Assembly: GCA_963828305.1 (NCBI GenBank)
Contig: CAWHEJ010000034.1
Span: 11,942 to 75,941 of the forward strand
Length of the DNA stretch: 64,000 bases
Origin: an uncultured delta proteobacterium
Lineage (GTDB): Bacteria > Desulfobacterota > Syntrophia > Syntrophales > UBA2192
Direction: 5' to 3'
Of the stretch, positions 25,139 to 32,626 are shown piece by piece (position 1 is the stretch's first letter; each line of letters starts with the position of its first letter). Both the position numbers and the translations under genes were made by a program. The notes beneath the pieces are model-generated. The model saw nothing but the letters and a program-made list of their open reading frames with translations, was not told the DNA's origin and did not search any database.

Positions 25139-28117
25139 TTAGCCCATCAGGGGTTCGACGACGAGCTTCGGCACCAGGGTCTCATTGGCCCGGGCGAGCC
25201 GGTCCTCGCCGGCGTAGACCGCCACGGAGGATTCCTTGAGAATGGGGACGAGGACCTCCCGGACCGTCTTCAGGAGATCTTCCGGGGAAAGGCCGAGGAC
25301 CCGCTCCCGGAAGGCCTGACGGTTGTCGTCGGTAATCCCTGCAAAGTGCCGGATCATGGAAAGGTAGCCCTTCCCGGCAGGGTCCGCCGGCCGGTCCAGG
25401 GACCCGATCGTGCCCATGATGGTCTTTTCCAGTTCCTCCTCGCCGATCCCCGCATCCAGCAGCCAGCGGGCGGCCCCGTCGTAAACCTTCAGGGTTTCCG
25501 CCAGGTGGGGGTCGCGGTAGGACAAAAAGGAGAAGATCCTCCCGAGGGGATCGTAGAGGGACATCCCCCCGTAGGCGCCGCCCTGTACCCGGATCCGGTT
25601 GTAGAGATATCCCTTCGAGAGCTCTCTCGATACCACGGAGAGCGCCGCCGCGGACGGGTCGAGGTAGCCCGGCGCTGCGGCCGCCCGCGCCACGTAGCAG
25701 ACCTGGGCTGCAATCGAGATTCCCAACTGAGCCGGCTCCGGCCGCATCGTTGCCGTCACCCCTCCGGGTGCCGCATCGCCAATCCGTTCCATCAGCGGCC
25801 CGGCCTGATTCAGCAGGAGCTCGATCCCGGCAGCATCGCCCGTCACGTTGAGAAGCAGCCCCCCGCGACGGAAAACGAGCTTTTTGAGGCGCTCCATGGC
25901 CTCGACGAGCGGGTCGGCCGCAAATCCTTCGGAAAGGCCGCTCAAAAGCCGCAGCTGGAGGCGCCCGTTCCACTGCTCGTCCCTGTAGGACGCCAGGTTC
26001 AGCGACGCTGCCGCCGTTCGCTGGGCAAAGAGATGTCCCGAGGGGACGACGGCGGCCTGCAGGCCGTTTCGCTTCTCCAGGACCAGGTCTTCCATCCGCC
26101 TGCGGTCCGTAAGGTCCCCCGCCGCGAGAATGTCGCCAAGAAGTGCCACGGCCTCGGGGATATTGCGTTGCAGAGCCCGCACGCGGAAGATCATCTTCTG
26201 CCAGGTCTCCTTCCCGTCCCGGCCGAATCCCGAGGCAAGCTGAATCCCCAAACCTCCCATGGTCATGGAGATCCGCGTGGCCATCTCGTCGTATCGGCGC
26301 CCGGCGGCCCCCATGCCCCTTGCAAATTTACCAAGCAGCGGCAGGTACGGTTGCAGGTCTTCGGGTACATGGGATACGTCAAAGGCGCAATCCAGGTAGA
26401 CGATCCCGTTGCCGAAGACCTTGTGCTTCAGGATGGGAATACCCCCGACACGGCCCTCCTCGGAAGGGATCCGCTCCACTCCGCGGGGGATGTCGGAGCG
26501 CTTGAGCCGGGGCAGCGCGGCAAGGGCCTCAGGTGTTTCGGGCTGCGCCTGGAGAGCCTTCAGGCGTGACGCCTCGTCCCGGATCCTCTCGCGTTCCTTC
26601 TCCGAGAGGGTCGCCTTCAGCTCCGCCATCCGCTGCCGGAACTCCGCCTCTTCCTCCTCCATGCAGCTGTGGCTCGGCTCCATGACGGAGGCAAGCCGGT
26701 GGGGGTTATCCAGGAACCAGCGTCGGATCACTTCCCGGAAGAGCCCGGGCTCCTTCTCCAGGCGTTCCCGGATTCGCTCGATGAGGAGGTTGAACTTCAG
26801 CGGGACCAGGGGGTCCCCGTCGTAGAGCCAGGTATGGAAGGCGCGGCCCATCAGGGTGATCCCGTAGGGGTAGCCGCCGCGGACGATCTCCTTGCCGTGG
26901 AATTCCACCTGGTGCAGGGCCGCCTCGATGAGGTCCCGGTCGAACCCCTTTTGCGCCAGAACCTCCAGAGTCTTCAAGACCAGATCCTCAATGGCGCCGG
27001 CCTTGTCGGCATCGGTTCCGCGCAGACCCACGGCAAAGACGACCTGCCTCAGGTCGGATTCGAGTCCCGTGACGGGCGAGAGGTCCTCACCCAGGCCCGA
27101 GTCGACGAGGGCCTTTCGAAGGGGGCCTGCCGCCGTGCCGACCAGGGCGTGTGCGGCAATGCGAAGCAGCAGCACCTCCTCGGGGTCCGTATTTTCCGCC
27201 ATCATCCAGGCCAGGTTCACGGCCGTTTTCCGCGCGAGGCTCTCTCCCTTGCCCACGGGGTAGCAGTCCCGCACCGAACGCGGCTTTGCCCACCGGGGCT
27301 GGAGCCCGATGGCCGAATCGACGCGCACCTTGCCGAATCCGCGCAGGACGTCCTCCAGAAAGGCCAGGTGATCCTCCGGCGGGATGCTGCCGTAGAGGAA
27401 AAAATAGGCATTCGTGGGGGAATAGTAGAGCCGGTGGAACTCCCGCAGCTGCTCCCAGGTAAGCCGCGGGATGACCGCGGGGTCGCCGCCGGAATCGAAC
27501 CCGTAAGGGTTGTCGGGGAAAAGGTTCTGCTGGAGCGCCTTGTACATGAGCCCGTCTGGCGACGAGTAGGCACCCTTCATCTCGTTGTAGACGATGCCCG
27601 ATACGGTGAGGTCGCTTGCGGGGTCGTCGGGGCTCACGAACTCCAGGTGATGCCCTTCCTGGAGAAAGGTCTCCTTCAGGATCCGGGGCTTGAGCACCAG
27701 GTCGGTGTATACCCGCGCCAGGTTGAAATAATCGACGGGCACCTGGCTTGCCACGGGGTACAGGGTCTTGTCGGGGTAGGTGAAGGCGTTGATGAAGGTC
27801 TGCAGGGTTGCCCGCGAAAGCTCGTTGAAGGCGTCCTTCACGGGGTAGGCCTCGGAGCCGGCCAGGACGGAGTGCTCCAGGATGTGTGCGATCCCCGTGG
27901 AGTCCCAGGGCGGCGTGCGGAACCCCGCGGCGAAGAGGTTCTCGCTGTCGTTTCCATGAAGGTGCAGGACCTTCGCCCCCGTGGCGAGGTGCTCCATCTC
28001 GTAGGCCGTGCAGCAGATGTCGCCGACGGCCTCGACCCTGCGGACGATGAAGCCGTTCACGTTCTCCCCCACCCGGAGTCGCGGGGCCGGGCACTTTGCC
28101 GATTTTTCCATAAGCAC
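25139..28117 (-). CDS. M16 family (insulinase/PreP-like, M16C) zinc metallopeptidase
   Basis: 992 aa; inverted zinc motif HILEHSVLAGS with downstream E; PreP-like length and layout. Confidence 0.9.
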   Translation of the reverse strand: MLMEKSAKCPAPRLRVGENVNGFIVRRVEAVGDICCTAYEMEHLATGAKVLHLHGNDSENLFAAGFRTPPWDSTGIAHILEHSVLAGSEAYPVKDAFNELSRATLQTFINAFTYPDKTLYPVASQVPVDYFNLARVYTDLVLKPRILKETFLQEGHHLEFVSPDDPASDLTVSGIVYNEMKGAYSSPDGLMYKALQQNLFPDNPYGFDSGGDPAVIPRLTWEQLREFHRLYYSPTNAYFFLYGSIPPEDHLAFLEDVLRGFGKVRVDSAIGLQPRWAKPRSVRDCYPVGKGESLARKTAVNLAWMMAENTDPEEVLLLRIAAHALVGTAAGPLRKALVDSGLGEDLSPVTGLESDLRQVVFAVGLRGTDADKAGAIEDLVLKTLEVLAQKGFDRDLIEAALHQVEFHGKEIVRGGYPYGITLMGRAFHTWLYDGDPLVPLKFNLLIERIRERLEKEPGLFREVIRRWFLDNPHRLASVMEPSHSCMEEEEAEFRQRMAELKATLSEKERERIRDEASRLKALQAQPETPEALAALPRLKRSDIPRGVERIPSEEGRVGGIPILKHKVFGNGIVYLDCAFDVSHVPEDLQPYLPLLGKFARGMGAAGRRYDEMATRISMTMGGLGIQLASGFGRDGKETWQKMIFRVRALQRNIPEAVALLGDILAAGDLTDRRRMEDLVLEKRNGLQAAVVPSGHLFAQRTAAASLNLASYRDEQWNGRLQLRLLSGLSEGFAADPLVEAMERLKKLVFRRGGLLLNVTGDAAGIELLLNQAGPLMERIGDAAPGGVTATMRPEPAQLGISIAAQVCYVARAAAAPGYLDPSAAALSVVSRELSKGYLYNRIRVQGGAYGGMSLYDPLGRIFSFLSYRDPHLAETLKVYDGAARWLLDAGIGEEELEKTIMGTIGSLDRPADPAGKGYLSMIRHFAGITDDNRQAFRERVLGLSPEDLLKTVREVLVPILKESSVAVYAGEDRLARANETLVPKLVVEPLMG

Positions 28118-28352
28118 CTCGATGGGTTGCGTCTTCCCTGCCGGCGGCGCCGGCTGACAAAACGGTACTGGAAAAGCTCTGAAGAGTCAAGGCGCAGTCT
28201 CCGGACAGGGCCTCCAGGGAGGGCGGATCGGGCGGAAGGCCCCGCGGCGGGACGCGAAACGCAACCATTACGAATTTGTAATTGACAACCCTGTCTATTG
28301 ATGATAGGCACCATCGGCAAGCCATTGCCGATTCATTTTCATCCGGACCGCC

Positions 28353-29360
28353 ATGACTCCCGACATCGAAAAAAAATTGCTGCTGATCCTCCGGATCCTT
28401 CGCGACTCCGGGCAGCCGATGGGGGCGCGCATCATCGCGCGGCGCATGGCCGACCACGGGATTCCCCTGAGCGAGCGGATGGTCCGATACCATCTGGAAC
28501 TGACCGACGAGCGCGGCCTGACGGAGCTGGCCGGGCAGCGCGACGGCAGGGCCATCACGAAACGGGGAATCGAGGAGATCGGCAGCGCCCGCGTCCGCGA
28601 CAAGCTCAGCCTGGCCATCTCCCGGATCGAGACGCTCGCCTTCCGGACCACCTTCGACCCGAAACGGAAACGCGGGCTGGTGCCCGTGAACATCTCCCTG
28701 ATCCCCCGCGAGAAGTTCCGCCGTGCCGCAGAGGCCATGCAGTCTGCGTTCGATGCGGGGTTTTGCGTGAGCGACCTCGTCGCCATGGCTCGAGCGGGCG
28801 GGAAACTCGGCGAGACGGTCGTCCCGGAGGGCAAGATCGGCTTGGCCACGGTGTGCAGCATCGTCGTCAATGGCGTGCTGCTGAAACACGGCATCCCCAT
28901 GGATTCAAAGTTCGGGGGCATCGTGCAGATCTCCCGGGGAGAGCCCCTGCGTTTCGTCGAGCTCATCCACTACTCCGGATCTTCCCTCGATCCCTCGGAG
29001 GCCTTCATCCGGGCGCGGATGACCTCCGTGCGGGATGTGATCGACGCGGGGGAAGGCAGGATCCTCGGAAACTTCCGCGAAATCCCGGCCCTGAGCCAAA
29101 GCCTCACGGAAAGAATCGTGAAGGACATGCGGGCCTCGGGCATCAACGGCGTGCTTGCCATCGGCAAGGTCAGCGAACCCGTCTGCGAGGTTCCCGTAGA
29201 CATGAACAAGGTGGGCATGATCCTCATCGGGGGTCTCAATCCCGTATGCTGCGCCCAGGAGGCGGGGATCCCCGTCGAAAACCTGGCCATGTCCGCCGTC
29301 ATGGATTTCGGCGAGCTGAGGCCATTCAAATCCGCCGTCGCGCAGGGACGGGCGGGTTGA
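28353..29360 (+). CDS. nrpR: NrpR-like transcriptional regulator (winged HTH + one NRD/DUF128 domain)
   Basis: N-terminus LLLILRILRDSGQPMGARIIARRMADHGIPLSERMVRYHLELTDERGLTE and C-terminal SSLDPSEAFIRARMTSV ... ILGNFREIP match my memory of archaeal nitrogen repressor NrpR. Confidence 0.7.
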   Translation: MTPDIEKKLLLILRILRDSGQPMGARIIARRMADHGIPLSERMVRYHLELTDERGLTELAGQRDGRAITKRGIEEIGSARVRDKLSLAISRIETLAFRTTFDPKRKRGLVPVNISLIPREKFRRAAEAMQSAFDAGFCVSDLVAMARAGGKLGETVVPEGKIGLATVCSIVVNGVLLKHGIPMDSKFGGIVQISRGEPLRFVELIHYSGSSLDPSEAFIRARMTSVRDVIDAGEGRILGNFREIPALSQSLTERIVKDMRASGINGVLAIGKVSEPVCEVPVDMNKVGMILIGGLNPVCCAQEAGIPVENLAMSAVMDFGELRPFKSAVAQGRAG

Positions 29361-29373
29361 CGAGGACGGGGGA

Positions 29374-29387
29374 CGGAAAGATTTCCG
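29374..29387. promoter_or_regulatory. perfect palindrome CGGAAA-GA-TTTCCG between nrpR and gdhA (candidate operator)
   Basis: GGAA-N4-TTCC inverted repeat, 14 nt after the nrpR stop and 96 nt before the gdhA ATG. Confidence 0.3.
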
Positions 29388-29482
29388 CAGCGGCTCCATC
29401 CGAACCGGGGCCCCGACAGGCAATCGTTCGTGAAGAAACGATCATGAAATCAATAAAACCAAACTACTGAAGGGGGTATCGT

Positions 29483-30841
29483 ATGTCCGTGATCAAAGAT
29501 GTCATCGCCAAAGTCAAACAGGTCGATCCCAACGAGCCCGAGTTTCACCAGGCCGTGGAAGAAGTCATGGAGTCGCTGGAGCCCACGACCAAGCGGCACC
29601 CGGAGTTCGTAAAGGCCAACATCTACGAGCGCATCGTGGAACCGGAGCGGACGTTCATTTTCCGCGTACCCTGGGAAGACGACAAAGGAAAGATTCACGT
29701 CAACCGCGGGTTCCGCATCCAGTTCAACAACGCCATCGGTCCCTTCAAGGGCGGGCTGCGCTTCCACCCCTCCGTCAATCTCAGCATCCTTAAGTTCCTC
29801 GGCTTCGAACAGATCTTCAAGAACTCCCTGACGACGCTGCCCATGGGAGGCGCAAAGGGCGGCTCCGATTTCGACCCCAAGGGCAAGTCGGACCGCGAGG
29901 TCATGCGGTTCTGCCAGTCCTTCATGCGCGAGCTCTTCCGTTACGTCGGCGCGGAGTGCGATGTGCCTGCGGGTGACATCGGCGTCGGCGGGCGCGAAGT
30001 GGGATTCATGTTCGGCTACGACAAAAAGATCCGCAACGAGCACACGGGCGTCTTCACCGGGAAAGGGCTCTCCTTCGGCGGCAGCCTGATCCGCCCCGAG
30101 GCCACCGGCTACGGCTGCGTCTACTTCGCCGCCGAGATGCTGGCCACCCGCGGCCTCGATTTCAAGAACAAGGTCGTGGCGATCAGCGGCTCCGGCAACG
30201 TGGCCCAGTACGCCGTCGAGAAAGTCAACCAGATGGGCGGCAAGGTGATCTCGCTGTGCGACTCCGGGGCCACCATCGTGGACGAGGAGGGCATCGACCC
30301 GAAGAAGCTCGACTTCATCCTGGAGCTCAAGAACGTCAAGCGCGGCCGGATCAAGGAGTACGCGGATAAATACAAAAAGGTCCTGTGCGTGGAAGGCAAG
30401 AACATCTGGGAGGCCATCAAGGATCAGGGGATCAAGATCGACATCGCCCTGCCCTGCGCGACACAGAACGAGATCGACGGGGCCTGCGCCCAGGCCATGG
30501 TCAAGAACGGCTGCATCTGCGTCTCCGAGGGTGCGAACATGCCTTCGAACCCCGACGCCGTCAAGATCTTCCAGGACAACAAGGTCCTCTACGGCCCGGG
30601 CAAGGCCGCCAACGCCGGCGGCGTTGCGACCTCCGGTCTCGAAATGAGCCAGAACAGCATGAAACTGTCGTGGATGCGTGAGGAAGTGGACGCGCGCCTG
30701 CTCCTCATCATGAAGAGCATCCACAAGTCCTGCGTCGAGACCGCCGAGGCATACGGCAGGAAAGGCGACTACGTGGCCGGTGCCAACATCGCCGGGTTCA
30801 CCAAGGTCGCCAATGCCATGCTGGCCTACGGGATCGTCTAG
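29483..30841 (+). CDS. gdhA: NADP-specific glutamate dehydrogenase
   Basis: 452 aa; Glu/Leu/Phe/Val dehydrogenase active-site region LPMGGAKGGSDFDPKGKS; Rossmann GSGNVAQYA; GAAGGGGG SD. Confidence 0.95.
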   Translation: MSVIKDVIAKVKQVDPNEPEFHQAVEEVMESLEPTTKRHPEFVKANIYERIVEPERTFIFRVPWEDDKGKIHVNRGFRIQFNNAIGPFKGGLRFHPSVNLSILKFLGFEQIFKNSLTTLPMGGAKGGSDFDPKGKSDREVMRFCQSFMRELFRYVGAECDVPAGDIGVGGREVGFMFGYDKKIRNEHTGVFTGKGLSFGGSLIRPEATGYGCVYFAAEMLATRGLDFKNKVVAISGSGNVAQYAVEKVNQMGGKVISLCDSGATIVDEEGIDPKKLDFILELKNVKRGRIKEYADKYKKVLCVEGKNIWEAIKDQGIKIDIALPCATQNEIDGACAQAMVKNGCICVSEGANMPSNPDAVKIFQDNKVLYGPGKAANAGGVATSGLEMSQNSMKLSWMREEVDARLLLIMKSIHKSCVETAEAYGRKGDYVAGANIAGFTKVANAMLAYGIV

Positions 30842-30884
30842 GAATCCCCTCCATGGGGCGGATGCTCCCATGAGGAATCAACCG

Positions 30885-30921
30885 AAAAGAGCCCGGGCCG
30901 TGTGGCCGGGCTCTTTTTTTT
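30885..30921. terminator. strong bidirectional Rho-independent terminator between convergent gdhA and the NifA-like gene
   Basis: AAAAGAGCCCGGGCC GTG TGGCCGGGCTCTTTTTTTT. Confidence 0.8.
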
Positions 30922-30974
30922 GTGCTTCCCGGCGCAAACGCCCGTGGCGCGGCGGGGAAAAGCGGGAGAGCGGG

Positions 30975-32513
30975 TCAGCCCGTCGGCTTTGCCGCTTTGA
31001 ATTTCGCGGGGTCGATTCCGAGCTTGCGGATCTTGTACTGGACGATGCGTTTCGTCGTACCGAGAAGCCGCGCCGCCTGGCTCTGGTTGCCCCGGGCTTC
31101 CTTGAGGGCCTCGATGATCATGGAGCGCTCCTGCGCCCCGATGACGGCGCCGAGTTTGCCCGGGTCCTTCCCCGGGTCGTCGTGCCCCTTGATCTGCAGC
31201 GACGGGGGAAGGTGCATCATCTCGATCGACTGCCCCTTGGCCAGCAGGACGGCCCGCTCGATGCAGTTTTCCAGCTCCCGCACGTTTCCGGGCCAGGGAT
31301 GCGACAGGAAGGCCTCGATGACGGCGCTCGTGATCCTCTTCACAGGCTTTTTCAATTCTTTCGAGTACTTGAGAACGAAATGATCCGCCAGCAGGATAAT
31401 GTCGTTGCCCCGCTCCCTCAGCGGGGGCAGGAAGATGGGAAACACGGTGAGACGGTAATAGAGATCCGTCCGGAATTGCCCGGCCGAAACGCAATCCTCC
31501 AGGCGGCGATTGGTCGCGGCGATCACGCGGGCATTGGTCGTCACCAGCCGGGACGAACCCAGGGGCTGGAACTGTTTTTCCTGGAGGACCCTGAGGAGCT
31601 TGGCCTGCGCCGCAGGGGAGAGCTCCGCCACCTCATCGAGGAAGATCGTGCCGTTGTTGGCTTCTTCGAACCGGCCCCGGTGCTGCCGGAAGGCTCCCGT
31701 GAAGGCCCCCTTCTCGTGACCGAAGAGCTCGCTCTCGATGAGGGTCTCGGGAATGGCCGCACAGTTGACCTTGACCAGCGGCCCCTTTCTCCGGGGGCTG
31801 TTGGCGTGGATCGCCTTGGCGACCAGTTCCTTGCCCGTCCCGGTCTCCCCCAGGATGAGGGCCGTCGTCGCGGAATCGGCCACGTGCCGGATCAACGCGT
31901 AGACCTCCTGCATGCCCTTCGACTGCCCGATGATGTCGAGACCGGCGGCATTTTCGGGGTTGACCATGCGGCGCAGGCGCCGGTTCTCATCCTCCAGGGC
32001 AAGGATATGGACCGCCTTGGCGATGAGTTCCGCCACAGAGGCGAGCATCGCCAGTTCCCGGTCCATTTCCGTAACGTCCGTTGCCGGCTTGTCGGCCGAC
32101 AGGATGCCCACCACCCGCGAATCATAGATGATGGGGACACACAGGAAGGCCAGTTCGTCCCGGTTCGCCAGGTGCCTGCGCGCCCCGGTGCGATCCAGGA
32201 AGAGGGCCTCCTGCCCCAGGCTCGGGACGGCGATGGGTTGACCCGTCTGGGCAACCTTGCCGGTGATTCCCTCACCGGCCCGGTAGGAAACGTCCACGCC
32301 CTCCAGATCGACCCCGTGGGCCACCTCCAGCATCGCTTCACCGGAGTCCCTGTCCAGAAGCGAGATCATCCCCCGCTGCATGCCGAGCCGGGCGCTCATC
32401 TCGCCGAGAACCTGCTCGAGCTGGTCCCTCAGGTCCCACGGTTGCGCCAGGGCCTTGGCAATGGCATGAAGGGCCGCCAGTTCTTCGAAAGTGTGATTGC
32501 TCATATGGAACAA
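30975..32513 (-). CDS. sigma-54-dependent transcriptional activator, GAF-AAA+-HTH (NifA-like architecture)
   Basis: GAF N-terminus; Walker A GETGTGKE; GAFTGA loop; C-terminal Fis-type HTH QSQAARLLGTTKRIVQYKIRKLGI. Confidence 0.85.
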   Translation of the reverse strand: MFHMSNHTFEELAALHAIAKALAQPWDLRDQLEQVLGEMSARLGMQRGMISLLDRDSGEAMLEVAHGVDLEGVDVSYRAGEGITGKVAQTGQPIAVPSLGQEALFLDRTGARRHLANRDELAFLCVPIIYDSRVVGILSADKPATDVTEMDRELAMLASVAELIAKAVHILALEDENRRLRRMVNPENAAGLDIIGQSKGMQEVYALIRHVADSATTALILGETGTGKELVAKAIHANSPRRKGPLVKVNCAAIPETLIESELFGHEKGAFTGAFRQHRGRFEEANNGTIFLDEVAELSPAAQAKLLRVLQEKQFQPLGSSRLVTTNARVIAATNRRLEDCVSAGQFRTDLYYRLTVFPIFLPPLRERGNDIILLADHFVLKYSKELKKPVKRITSAVIEAFLSHPWPGNVRELENCIERAVLLAKGQSIEMMHLPPSLQIKGHDDPGKDPGKLGAVIGAQERSMIIEALKEARGNQSQAARLLGTTKRIVQYKIRKLGIDPAKFKAAKPTG

Positions 32514-32626
32514 AATTGAAACGTTTTTTTAGTCCATGTAAATTAGAACATTTTGGTCATAAAAACAATGGAAAATGAGGTTGAATCTGATATGATTCGC
32601 CCGATCAACTATCGCAGAGGTTGCCT

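Noticed and set aside
26669-28889. 538-aa (+) and 600-aa (-) ORFs overlapping the M16 peptidase gene, the intergenic region and nrpR
   Set aside because: They are alternative or antisense frames of strongly supported genes. The 600-aa ORF even crosses an intergenic region. Both are Arg/Pro/Gly-rich with no recognisable domains.
32514-32626. Sigma-54 promoters (TGGCAC-N5-TTGC) near the NifA-like activator, nrpR (about 28290-28320) and gdhA
   Set aside because: The candidate GG/GC dinucleotides (for example AGGCACCATCGGCAAG at about 28305) have the wrong spacing. No convincing -24/-12 element was found by eye.
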